Assembly (NCBI GenBank): GCA_030688545.1
Contig: JAUYHT010000002.1
Location: 1-32,000 of the forward strand
Direction: 5' to 3'
DNA: 32,000 nucleotides
From: Candidatus Iainarchaeum sp.
GTDB lineage: Archaea; Iainarchaeota; Iainarchaeia; Iainarchaeales; VGJJ01
A program made the position numbers and the translations under genes. Below the pieces are notes generated by a model. The model saw only the letters and a program-made list of their open reading frames with translations, did no database searches and was not told the origin of the DNA. This document shows positions 23,485 through 32,000 of the stretch, piece by piece (within the stretch, counting starts at the first letter, position 1; every line of letters starts with the position of its first letter).

Positions 23485-24948
23485 TCATTTTCGGCGATAG
23501 GAATGTCCCGGTCCTTTATTGATTAGATCAGCGCGAACCAGGTTGTCGAGCGCAACATTGAATTCGGGCAAGTGATGTTGAGCTTTGGCTGCCTTTCTCA
23601 ATCCCGATTCAGGCCATTGTCGAGGTACTTTAAAATGAAACGCGCCCAATATTAAACGCTCGAACATCCATACACGCGTTTCCGGGCTCATTTTATGGTT
23701 GGTCATCCCCTTCAACGTGGTCCATTCCTCGCGGGATAACTCAAAGGAGTCTCCCAGTTTGTCCTGCATGGCCGTAATTGTTCGTGGAATGGCCACCTGG
23801 GATTTTGGGGGTTGCGGATGGGGAGAATGGGGCTTCCCAGTGCTTTTTTTCCTTTTTTGAGAAGTGGGAACTTTTGTGGCAGGTGCAGGGTGTCCTTTAG
23901 AGGGGATTTTTACCGGTTTTTGGGTTTCCCGAGAAACCTTGGGCCCGTATTTATCGAGTAGTTTTTTCACATTCTGTTTTTGGGCTTCTGAAGTAGGTGA
24001 AACGCGCAATACGTGAAATAATAATTTCAAACGCCGCACGCCAATAACTGAATCTTTAGATATTCCCAGATCGAATAATACCTTCTCGGCATTCAACCCA
24101 AGGCTCGAAAGTTTTTCCTTGGCAATCGAGCGGGATCGACTATAGGCACTTCCTATGGCCAGTGCCCGGACATCAACCCCCCTTTCATCCGCTCGGGTTT
24201 TCACCTGGCGGTATATTTCCCTACGTTCTTTTCGGGGAAGGGTAAAACGACTGATAGCCCCGCTTTCGATCACACGCCTCATTTTCAAATTGGTTTCGCG
24301 TTGGGTATCAAGCCGCTTCCGTTTCTCCTCCTGCATGGAGTGGATCAAATCGTTTGCAATATCGGGATAAAGAGATTGGATTTGGGTAACTTCCATCGCC
24401 TTTCGAAAATCCAGGTCGTGGGCGAATTTTTTCAGAGCATGATGAATCATTTCAATGGGGGCGTTAATCCCATGCGCCGCCAATTCTCCCCGCAACTGGA
24501 AAGCGATCCCCAGTTGGGTTAATGACTTTTCCATCTGGATTGATATTTGTCTTGGCTGCATTCCCATTTTAAAGGATCCAGCAATGGATTGGGCTCCTCC
24601 AAGAATATCCCCGATAGTGGTTATTTCTCGGACCACTTCCTTGATTTCCTTTTTCATGTATTGGTTAAGCAGAGTCCCCCCTTCAGATTCAATTGTTTTC
24701 CAGATAAACAATTTTTCTTGCCGGGAAAGGGGAGTTTTAATGGCCTCACTCCGCGCTTGGATCATCCCGCGGGTCAATTGATCTCCCAATCGCTGGGCAT
24801 CCGCGAGGGATTCCCGCGCGCGTTCCCTGATCTCTCGCTTTATCAGATGGAGACTCCGGGAGCTCGCTCCGGCTAATATCTCGGCTCGTCTGGGATCTCC
24901 AATTGGAGGGAATTTTTTCAACGGCCTCTTTCCTGATCTTTTTGGCAT
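23485..24948 (-). CDS. Large basic hypothetical protein
   Basis: 487 aa, Lys/Arg-rich, with a Pro/Lys-rich linker (KPVKIPSKGHPAPATKVPTSQKRKKSTGKPHSPHPQPPKS). TATA spacing supports ATG 24948. I recognise no family. Confidence 0.55.
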   Translation of the reverse strand: MPKRSGKRPLKKFPPIGDPRRAEILAGASSRSLHLIKREIRERARESLADAQRLGDQLTRGMIQARSEAIKTPLSRQEKLFIWKTIESEGGTLLNQYMKKEIKEVVREITTIGDILGGAQSIAGSFKMGMQPRQISIQMEKSLTQLGIAFQLRGELAAHGINAPIEMIHHALKKFAHDLDFRKAMEVTQIQSLYPDIANDLIHSMQEEKRKRLDTQRETNLKMRRVIESGAISRFTLPRKERREIYRQVKTRADERGVDVRALAIGSAYSRSRSIAKEKLSSLGLNAEKVLFDLGISKDSVIGVRRLKLLFHVLRVSPTSEAQKQNVKKLLDKYGPKVSRETQKPVKIPSKGHPAPATKVPTSQKRKKSTGKPHSPHPQPPKSQVAIPRTITAMQDKLGDSFELSREEWTTLKGMTNHKMSPETRVWMFERLILGAFHFKVPRQWPESGLRKAAKAQHHLPEFNVALDNLVRADLINKGPGHSYRRK

Positions 24949-24969
24949 ACGAGGTAGAAAAGTTTTGAC

Positions 24970-24997
24970 CCATAAAAAGGGAGAGGTTTATTATAGG
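24970..24997. promoter_or_regulatory. Divergent promoter pair (two TATA boxes back to back)
   Basis: Minus-strand CCCTTTTTATG (24970..24980) lies 29 nt from ATG 24948. Plus-strand GTTTATTATAGG (24986..24997) lies about 29 nt from ATG 25016. Confidence 0.5.
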
Positions 24998-25015
24998 GAA
25001 AAGAAAACTCCCCCA

Positions 25016-25972
25016 ATGTCCCTCTATTCCTTGGCCGCGGTGCTGGCGGTGGTGGCGTTTGCTACGATTGGGGTGTTTGTGAAGCTGTTGGTGCCTGAAT
25101 TTCCTCTCCCTTGGATTACGTTCATGCGGGCGTTTTTTGGATTTCTGTTCGTGCTTTTTCTTATTCCCCGGTATGACCCCAATTTCCGTAAATTAGGGAA
25201 GCAGGATGTGAAGGAATATGTCTGGGTGGGGTTATCCCTGGCGGCGACGATGACGTTCTACAATTATGCGTTCGCATTGGCGCCCTTAGCCGATGTGGTA
25301 TTGCTCAACTACACGCATGTATTATTCGCCCCTGTCCTCGCTTATTTCATCCTCAAGGAAAGGATGGAACGGAGATCATGGATCTACCTCATCACTGGGA
25401 TGTTAGGCATCGTGCTCATTAGCCCCTTCACGGGATTGAATGTCCTTGGCAATAGTGCCGCGCTCGCGGCGGGGATTACCTATGCTATCATGGTGGTGTA
25501 CATGCGCCGTGCGGACAAGCACCATGGCATCGGAGATGTCGTTTGGTTTCTGGGGTTCGCCTCCCTATTCCTTTTCATCCCCGCGCTCATGACGCCCATC
25601 ACGTGGACGGGAGAAGGTTTCCTTCTCCTGGCTCTCGCCGGAATCGTCACCACGGGATTAGGTTACCTATTCTTCAACATCGCCCTGGAAAAACTCCGCG
25701 TGCACCAAGTCTCGATGCTCGACCTCGTATTGGGCTCGCTCATCGCCCTAATGGCCTCGGTCTTCCTGTTCGGGGATCCCCTCACCTGGAATGTGGCGTT
25801 AGGGGGATCCATTTTGGTGGCCTCGGGATGGCTGTTTATTCGGCGCCAGCACCTTTTCAGCCTGGGTTTAAAACGTCCGCATTCCAGAGTAGGGATCTAT
25901 GGAACCTCCTTCCTACAGCTCAATCCTCGCCCAAAAAGTGGACGACGCCCTGGCCGCATTGGGACATTCTAG
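25016..25972 (+). CDS. EamA/DMT-family permease
   Basis: Multi-pass hydrophobic protein with two similar halves. The track ORF starts at TTG 24965; ATG 25016 (MSLYSLAAVLAVVAFATIG) fits the promoter. Its tail overlaps the argS start by 74 nt. Confidence 0.65.
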   Translation: MSLYSLAAVLAVVAFATIGVFVKLLVPEFPLPWITFMRAFFGFLFVLFLIPRYDPNFRKLGKQDVKEYVWVGLSLAATMTFYNYAFALAPLADVVLLNYTHVLFAPVLAYFILKERMERRSWIYLITGMLGIVLISPFTGLNVLGNSAALAAGITYAIMVVYMRRADKHHGIGDVVWFLGFASLFLFIPALMTPITWTGEGFLLLALAGIVTTGLGYLFFNIALEKLRVHQVSMLDLVLGSLIALMASVFLFGDPLTWNVALGGSILVASGWLFIRRQHLFSLGLKRPHSRVGIYGTSFLQLNPRPKSGRRPGRIGTF

Positions 25973-27623
25973 GGTGGGGGAAAAAACGTTAATCAACCTC
26001 GTCACCCGTCCCCCCGCCCCGGATAAAGGGGACTTTTCATTGCCGGTATTTCGATTCACTCCTCCGAATAGTAATCCAGGGGCTTTGGCCCAGGCCATCG
26101 TAACTCATCTCCAACCGGATGACACATTCGTTCGATTTATTGCCATGGGGCCCTATGTGAATGCTTACCTAGCCCCCGGGAGGTTAGCCCAGGAGGCCCT
26201 CGCCAAGGCTGCCTTTTCCCCCTCCCCACCTGCTTCCGACGCCCCACGGGTGATGGTGGAATACGCCTCTCCCAACACCAATAAGCCCCTTCACGTGGGG
26301 CACCTGCGCAACATCGCCCTGGCCCAGAGCATCATAGCCCTTTTCGAACGGGCTGGGAAAAAAGTGGTTAAAACCCAGGTGGTGAATGACCGGGGGGTGC
26401 ATATCTGCAAATCCATGCTGGCCTACCAGAAATGGGGAAATGGAAAAACACCCGAATTCGAGAAAATGAAACCCGACCATTTCGTGGGGAAATACTACAC
26501 CCTTTTTTCCATTCGCGCCAATGAGGATCCAAAATTGGAGGAAGAGGCGCAGGCGATGCTTCAGCAATGGGAGCAGGAAAATCCCAGCGTACGGGCGCTC
26601 TGGAAGCGCATGAATGAATGGGTGGAGGCCGGGTGGAATCACACGTATTCTATTTTGGGGGCGTCATTCGACATCACGTATTATGAGAGCGTTTTTTTCG
26701 CTGCCGGGAAGGAAATGGTTATGCAGGCGTATGACAAAGGGTTGTTGAAAAAAGCCGATAATGGGGCTATCATCGTACCATTGGAAACATACCAACTGCC
26801 CGACAAACCCATTGTTAGAGGGGATGGGACGACGCTTTACTTTACGCAGGATATTGCCCTTGCTATTAGGCGCATGCATGAATATCCTGATTTAGAAAAG
26901 ATCATTCATATCGTGGGGAATGAGCAGGAGATGCACTTCAAGCAACTCTTCGCCACCCTCGATCTCATGGGAGTGGCTCCTTCCCACAAATTCCACCATT
27001 TGGGATACGGGTTGCTCCGCCTTCCCACGGGTAAGATGTCCTCGCGAGAGGGCACGGTCGTAAACGCGGATGATCTGTTGCAGGAACTGGAAACGTTAGC
27101 CCACTCCGAATATGACTCTCGCCACCCTGATTTATCCCCTGATGAAATTAATCGCCGCTCCCGGATAATTGCCTTGTCCGCCATGCGCTTCTTCATGATC
27201 AAGCAGGACGCGCGGAAGGAAATAGTATTCGATCCCAAAGAGAGCCTTTCGTTCGACGGGCAGACGGGTCCTTATTTGCTTTATGCCAATGCCCGCGCCC
27301 AGAGCGTGCTCCACAAATCAACGCGGCAACCCAATCCTACTCAGGGGGGGTTGCTCATTCTTCCCCGGGAAATAGAACTGCTCACCCTCCTCGCTCAAAA
27401 GGAAGACATGATTGCGGACGCATTCGCCCATTATTCCCCGCACATCCTCGCGCATTACCTTTTATCTCTGGCCAACACGTTCAACACATATTATCATGAA
27501 ACCAAAGTTATTCAAGAAAATGAAGAAATGGAACAGGCGCGCCTCGCCCTCGTGAAAGGCATTCATGAGGTGCTCGAGGAAGGATTGCGGCTCCTTGGTA
27601 TTGGGACGCTGGAAGAGATGTGA
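25899..27623 (+). CDS. argS: Arginyl-tRNA synthetase
   Basis: The HIGH-type motif is NKPLHVGHLRN and the KMSKS-variant is GKMSSREG. A C-terminal anticodon-binding region follows. 574 aa. Confidence 0.9.
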   Translation: MEPPSYSSILAQKVDDALAALGHSRVGEKTLINLVTRPPAPDKGDFSLPVFRFTPPNSNPGALAQAIVTHLQPDDTFVRFIAMGPYVNAYLAPGRLAQEALAKAAFSPSPPASDAPRVMVEYASPNTNKPLHVGHLRNIALAQSIIALFERAGKKVVKTQVVNDRGVHICKSMLAYQKWGNGKTPEFEKMKPDHFVGKYYTLFSIRANEDPKLEEEAQAMLQQWEQENPSVRALWKRMNEWVEAGWNHTYSILGASFDITYYESVFFAAGKEMVMQAYDKGLLKKADNGAIIVPLETYQLPDKPIVRGDGTTLYFTQDIALAIRRMHEYPDLEKIIHIVGNEQEMHFKQLFATLDLMGVAPSHKFHHLGYGLLRLPTGKMSSREGTVVNADDLLQELETLAHSEYDSRHPDLSPDEINRRSRIIALSAMRFFMIKQDARKEIVFDPKESLSFDGQTGPYLLYANARAQSVLHKSTRQPNPTQGGLLILPREIELLTLLAQKEDMIADAFAHYSPHILAHYLLSLANTFNTYYHETKVIQENEEMEQARLALVKGIHEVLEEGLRLLGIGTLEEM

Positions 27624-27660
27624 TAGCGCGGGAGAATATATCCCCCGGAACAAAGGATCG

Positions 27661-27670
27661 CTTTTATATT
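27661..27670 (+). promoter_or_regulatory. TATA box (CTTTTATATT)
   Basis: About 29 nt upstream of ATG 27693. Confidence 0.5.
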
Positions 27671-27692
27671 TGGAACTCGGCTGTACCCTTTC

Positions 27693-28760
27693 ATGCCAAG
27701 CCCCCCGAAAGAGGCTCCTATCAACACGATTCGCATCCGGAGCACCTACAATACAACCGGTCTCGTGGCATTGGCGATGGCCATCGGTTTCCACCTCTTT
27801 ATCCTAATAGGTGCTCTCTCAAGGGAACACTTTTCGTCGCCTATTGATGCTAACACGGGGAGTGAGGTCAGCCCATACCTATTCTTTGGTGTTTTGTATG
27901 TGTTAATCCTGGGATTCATGGAAGTGGGCATCCACCTCGCTCGGGCCTCCAAAACTATGAAAGTGACCCATTTGGACACTTCGCATTCATCTGATCGAAC
28001 ACTCGAAAACGTGCAAATACTCTATCATGATCTTAATTCCAAATTCGTAGGAATCTTCATGATAGGGGGTATGATCTTTGGTTTGCTCCTCCTATCCATC
28101 TTCATCTTCACCAAACCCATTTTTATAACCCCATTCGCGCTCACCATCTTTTTCATTCCAATTGTCTACTTCCTTATTCTTCGACCCGTGCTGGGGTTCA
28201 TTTATCGGCTTGTCAGGGAATCCAAATTGGATTTTTTCACTTATCCAGCATTTTGGATTTCTATCGGCCTCACCTTTTTTGGAATATTGGGGTGGGCAGC
28301 CTATGGCATCATTTCGCTTCCAGGATTGGTGGCCGGCTTTCTATTTGTTGTCGGCCTTTCCTCCATACTTGCGGTCATTTTTTTGGCCAACATTTCCTAT
28401 CGCTTTGAAGGGAATGACCTGGTGATTTTCCCACACTATTTTACGTATTCCCTTCCCATCATTAAACAAGCCGAATTTCATTTACCCGTAAAGGATATTC
28501 TCACGTACAAGCGCATTACCCATATGGAGATTAATGCGCTGATCCAATCCTACTCCCGCAAACCCGCGTATCTAATTCATTCGGGGGCTAAACTCGTTGA
28601 ATATTGGGTGTTACGTAAAACCGACAAACCCTTATTGTACCTGGCCAATGGGGGAAGGGAAAATATTTATCTTGCGGGAGAAAATTTTCATTATGTCATC
28701 AGCGTGAGGAACGCCGACCAGTTGCTGTCCAGGATTGCCGCGATGAAGAAAAGAAGATGA
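27693..28760 (+). CDS. Polytopic membrane protein with a soluble C-terminal domain, unknown function
   Basis: 355 aa with several long hydrophobic segments, then about 110 soluble residues. I recognise no family. Confidence 0.6.
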   Translation: MPSPPKEAPINTIRIRSTYNTTGLVALAMAIGFHLFILIGALSREHFSSPIDANTGSEVSPYLFFGVLYVLILGFMEVGIHLARASKTMKVTHLDTSHSSDRTLENVQILYHDLNSKFVGIFMIGGMIFGLLLLSIFIFTKPIFITPFALTIFFIPIVYFLILRPVLGFIYRLVRESKLDFFTYPAFWISIGLTFFGILGWAAYGIISLPGLVAGFLFVVGLSSILAVIFLANISYRFEGNDLVIFPHYFTYSLPIIKQAEFHLPVKDILTYKRITHMEINALIQSYSRKPAYLIHSGAKLVEYWVLRKTDKPLLYLANGGRENIYLAGENFHYVISVRNADQLLSRIAAMKKRR

Positions 28761-28792
28761 TTGGGTTTTGTATATGGTTAGCAGGCTAATGG

Positions 28793-31441
28793 TCACTCCA
28801 GATACAGCGCCGGTCTTCCTTTTTGCGCTTTCTGCATCTTGCCTAATGGGTCGTGAGAATCGTTTATTTTAACGATTAACGTGGTGTGCCGGCGCAGGGC
28901 TTCCTGGGCCTCATTCAACCAACGGGTTTCCGTGGCATCCGGGGAATAGAGATAGAGGGTCGTTACCTGTTTGCCTTTCACGAGCTTTTTCACCCGTTCG
29001 ATGTCTCCCAATACCTTTTCGATGAAGTTCATATGATCATCCATGTGGGGGGAAGGGTTTCCAATTGGTTTTTGGAGCGCCTGCAGGCTGGCAAACCCTT
29101 TCCAACCGGATTTGGCCCATAATTCTTCTCCTAAAAAGGGAGTGATGGGGGTGAGGAGGACGAGCCATTCCTTAAGCACGCGTTTCACGGCCGGTGTTTC
29201 TTTCTCCCCAAATACTTTCTTGAACCGCTTGATGTCATTGAGGGTTTCGAAAAATATTTTTTGGGCCGCCAGCATCATCTCCATGTCGTCGTACGCGGCA
29301 TAGGCTTCCCCCAGGCGCTGTTTAAGCGTTTCGGCCAGCCATTCCTGCGCGGGAGAGAGAGTTTCTTCCTTTTGGGAGGCGGCGGCTTCCAATACCCCTT
29401 CTATTTCCTGCAGCTTCTTCTTCACCTGCGGCACCTGCGTATCCTTCCAATCCACCACGCGCTCAAACCCGGCGGAGGAAGCCATATACAACCTCACCAA
29501 ATCCGCTCCATGGTCGCGAATGGCCTGCTGGAGGGGGATGACGTTCCCTTTGGATTTGGACATCTTTACACCATTACGCACGAGCATCTCATTGAACGTA
29601 CACGCCTTGGGCCAATAGGATTCATCGAAGAGCAAGGTATGCGTGAGGAGGAAGAAGGAGATATGATTGGAAATATGGGCCGGAGCGGTATGACGCTGGT
29701 CATTGGGGTACCAGAAAGTAATCTGCTCGTGGATGGTTTGAGCCGTTTTACATCGTTTATCGGAGGAATTCAATTCCTTTCCCAATAGAGCCGCATCCCA
29801 GAATACATCATCCAAATCATCAATGTTTAACCCGCTTTCTCGAATGAGGGGGATGGCCAGGTAAAAGAGCATGTAAATAGTGCTGTCGGATAAGGGTTCG
29901 ATCATCCATTCTTCTTTGGGATTATCAAAAGGGAAAGGGGTTCCCAATCCCCGCTTGCGGATGCAGGGCCGGTGGTCCAACCAATCAATGGCATCCATTA
30001 TGTTCCGACGGAAACGAGGGGGAAAAATAGTCATCTGTTCGACGTGGCGCTTAGTGGTTTCTTTCCATTGCTTCCCCGAATAGTCTATGAACCATTGGTC
30101 GGGGAGGATGGCCACCTGCACCTGTTTTCCCGCCCGGGTTTCAGCCGGGCGCGAGGGTTCATAAAGTATGCCACCCATTCCCTTTTCCTGGAGAAAAGCC
30201 ACCATCTTATCCTTGGCCTCCTTCACCGGGAGGCCGCTCCACGCCCCATTGAATTGATTTAGCGTCCCTTCATAAAATTCACGCTTGTACAATTCTTCGG
30301 TGGCGGCCTGGATGTTTTTGGTCTTTTCGAGTGAAAGGGCTTGGTGAGAAACGAGAAAGGCGTCCATTCCATCAAATCCGGGGAGATCCACAATGGTCTT
30401 CACTTCTATGTTTCCCGCGCGGGGATGGCCCTTTTGTTTTAGCTCTTGCAAGGCCACGAAATCCCAGGGGGCATGACCCGGAACGGCGAATACCATTCCG
30501 GTGCCCCGGGTGCCGCTAACGAACGTGGCGGGAAGAATAGGCATTCTCATTTGGTCATCCAGGGGATGGAGGACTTCCTTCTGCAGCAATTGCGCAGAAG
30601 GAACAGGGGCGATGGTTTCAACAACATGGTTTTGCAACCGCAGTTTCTCCACAGCCTCTTTGGAAATGATCCATTCTGCCCCATTCACACGGGCACGCAC
30701 ATACTCCTCTTGAGGGTGCACCCATACATGGGTGGCGCCATAAATGGTTTCAGGGCGGAGGGTGGCGACGACGATGGATGTGTTTTCCCCCACGATTTTA
30801 AATGGAAGCCAATAGAACTCCTGGATGCTCACCTTGTCGGTGTCCCCGTCCTTGATGTCATCTTCCCCCACCGCATTCTGGTCCAGAGGAGAATAGAGAA
30901 TTGGATAATTTCCCTTCACCAACACCCCTTTCTCTTTCAGCTTTGAAAACTGCCATTGGACGAAGCGTTGGTATTCCGGGTCCATGGTGGTAAAGCGGGA
31001 GCGCCAATCGATGCTGCAGCCCAGGAGATCCAAATCCTCAGAGACTTTTGAACCGAAATAATTGGCTACCGCGAGGGGTTGGGTAAAAGATTGGACGATG
31101 GCATCAATCCGTGAGGGATCATTTTCATAGAGGCCCACATACGAATGGTACAACTCAATCGTTTTGGCATCCTTCCGGGAAATGGCATCGCTAATAGCCA
31201 AAACCGGGGTTCCCGTGACATGGAAACCCATGGGCCAAAACACTTCCTTGCCTTTCACCCTCTGGAACCGGGCGAGGGCATCCCCATTCAGGTAGGTTCG
31301 CCCATGCCCCACGTGCAGGGGCCCAGTGGGATAGGCATAGGGAACGGTGAAATAGAACTTATGCTTGTCCGTGGGAAAAGAAGGCTCGAAGACATGGGCT
31401 TCCTTCCACCTCTGGACCCAGAGGCGTTCCCGGATGGTCAT
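28793..31441 (-). CDS. leuS: Leucyl-tRNA synthetase (archaeal type)
   Basis: The HIGH motif is PLHVGHGRTY and the KMSKS motif is VKMSKSKGN. The N-terminus RWKEAHVFEP is typical of this enzyme. 882 aa. Confidence 0.9.
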   Translation of the reverse strand: MTIRERLWVQRWKEAHVFEPSFPTDKHKFYFTVPYAYPTGPLHVGHGRTYLNGDALARFQRVKGKEVFWPMGFHVTGTPVLAISDAISRKDAKTIELYHSYVGLYENDPSRIDAIVQSFTQPLAVANYFGSKVSEDLDLLGCSIDWRSRFTTMDPEYQRFVQWQFSKLKEKGVLVKGNYPILYSPLDQNAVGEDDIKDGDTDKVSIQEFYWLPFKIVGENTSIVVATLRPETIYGATHVWVHPQEEYVRARVNGAEWIISKEAVEKLRLQNHVVETIAPVPSAQLLQKEVLHPLDDQMRMPILPATFVSGTRGTGMVFAVPGHAPWDFVALQELKQKGHPRAGNIEVKTIVDLPGFDGMDAFLVSHQALSLEKTKNIQAATEELYKREFYEGTLNQFNGAWSGLPVKEAKDKMVAFLQEKGMGGILYEPSRPAETRAGKQVQVAILPDQWFIDYSGKQWKETTKRHVEQMTIFPPRFRRNIMDAIDWLDHRPCIRKRGLGTPFPFDNPKEEWMIEPLSDSTIYMLFYLAIPLIRESGLNIDDLDDVFWDAALLGKELNSSDKRCKTAQTIHEQITFWYPNDQRHTAPAHISNHISFFLLTHTLLFDESYWPKACTFNEMLVRNGVKMSKSKGNVIPLQQAIRDHGADLVRLYMASSAGFERVVDWKDTQVPQVKKKLQEIEGVLEAAASQKEETLSPAQEWLAETLKQRLGEAYAAYDDMEMMLAAQKIFFETLNDIKRFKKVFGEKETPAVKRVLKEWLVLLTPITPFLGEELWAKSGWKGFASLQALQKPIGNPSPHMDDHMNFIEKVLGDIERVKKLVKGKQVTTLYLYSPDATETRWLNEAQEALRRHTTLIVKINDSHDPLGKMQKAQKGRPALYLE

Positions 31442-31461
31442 GTCCCAACCTGGCCCAAAAA

Positions 31462-31475
31462 GGCTTTTTAACTAA
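31462..31475 (-). promoter_or_regulatory. TATA box (minus strand GTTAGTTAAAAAGC) for leuS
   Basis: The T at 31470 is 29 nt upstream of ATG 31441. Confidence 0.5.
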
Positions 31476-31481
31476 CAAGGC

Positions 31482-31871
31482 TTATCCGAGGGTTTCCCAA
31501 CGCGTCTGGGATCGCCAACGCTGGAATATCTGGTTGACTTTAGCATGCGTGACATGCGGGCGGTGCTGACGAAACCCCCCTCCAAATGAATGGGGAATAT
31601 GCATCAATTCATGAATCAATGTCTTGATCTGCTCCTCTTCGGTTTGGCGGTCGAATCGTTCTGAAATGAGTTCAATGGCATAGAAAGGAGGTTGTTGCGT
31701 TCCCATTTGGATGATCTTGGGCATGGTATGAATGCGGGCGATGGTGCGCCTGGATTTGCTTCCTTTTGACATAAAGCACGCGATGCGATCGGGGGGGATG
31801 TGAGAAAATGCCAATTCGCTCGCCAGTTGCCGCGTGCGTTCCGTCCACTCGGGGGAAGGGATATACTTCAT
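31482..31871 (-). CDS. Small putative zinc metallopeptidase (HExxH)
   Basis: 129 aa with HELMHIPHSFGGGF. A TATA box CATTTATG has its first T at 31900, 29 nt upstream of the ATG. Confidence 0.6.
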   Translation of the reverse strand: MKYIPSPEWTERTRQLASELAFSHIPPDRIACFMSKGSKSRRTIARIHTMPKIIQMGTQQPPFYAIELISERFDRQTEEEQIKTLIHELMHIPHSFGGGFRQHRPHVTHAKVNQIFQRWRSQTRWETLG

Positions 31872-31937
31872 GGAATAATTGTGAGACGCACTCCCATAAA
31901 TGCCTATGTTCTTTTTTGGGCCGGCATAACAGCTGGG

Positions 31938-32000
31938 TTATGTTGGGACAAAGTTTCCTGTTCCAGGAATTTTTGCTCGAACAGCAACTCCAATAACGCC
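31938..32000 (-). CDS. 3' end of an unidentified gene running off the right edge
   Basis: My translation of the minus strand reads ...GVIGVAVRAKIPGTGNFVPT then TAA (31940..31938). Only 20 codons are visible. Confidence 0.3.
   Translation of the reverse strand, partial: GVIGVAVRAKIPGTGNFVPT

Noticed and set aside
29261-30946. Plus-strand ORFs inside leuS (29261..29788, 30446..30946 and others) and minus-strand ORFs inside argS (26184..26642 and others)
   Set aside because: They are antisense to genes with unambiguous aminoacyl-tRNA synthetase motifs and are shadow ORFs.

Overview
This window reads as an archaeal chromosome segment. The evidence is class III (prepilin-type) signal peptides, a FlaI-like ATPase, an archaeal-type LeuRS, and TATA-like boxes whose first T lies about 29 nt upstream of the ATG of at least ten genes, implying leaderless mRNAs. 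It is mostly GC-rich, with three visibly AT-rich islets at 1-2470, about 14520-15557 and about 18740-19300. From left to right it contains: (1) a truncated N6-DNA methylase, an overlapping Zn-ribbon ORF, and a SWIM/DDE IS5-like transposase broken by an in-frame TGA. (2) A type IV pilus-like locus: two one-domain TadB/TadC-like platform genes, a FlaI/PilB-like ATPase, tRNA-Ser(UGA) on the opposite strand, four small pilin-like genes and two giant paralogous pilin-headed adhesin-like genes. (3) A small membrane protein, then an AT-rich islet with two orphan ORFs abutting tRNA-Ser(GGA). (4) A COG4880-type beta-propeller surface protein, a HIT-family operon, tRNA-Arg(UCU), a lipoprotein-like ORF, pyroglutamyl peptidase, a large basic orphan, an EamA transporter, ArgRS, a membrane protein, LeuRS and a small HExxH metallopeptidase. 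The most unusual signal is non-coding. A family of two-hairpin modules has a conserved architecture but differing, still complementary stems. It occurs in tandem arrays attached to decayed tRNA end fragments downstream of tRNA-Ser and upstream of tRNA-Arg. It also forms or abuts the leader-peptide-coding 5' ends of both giant pilin genes. I saw no CRISPR array, no rRNA, and no recognisable defence operon beyond the truncated methylase.
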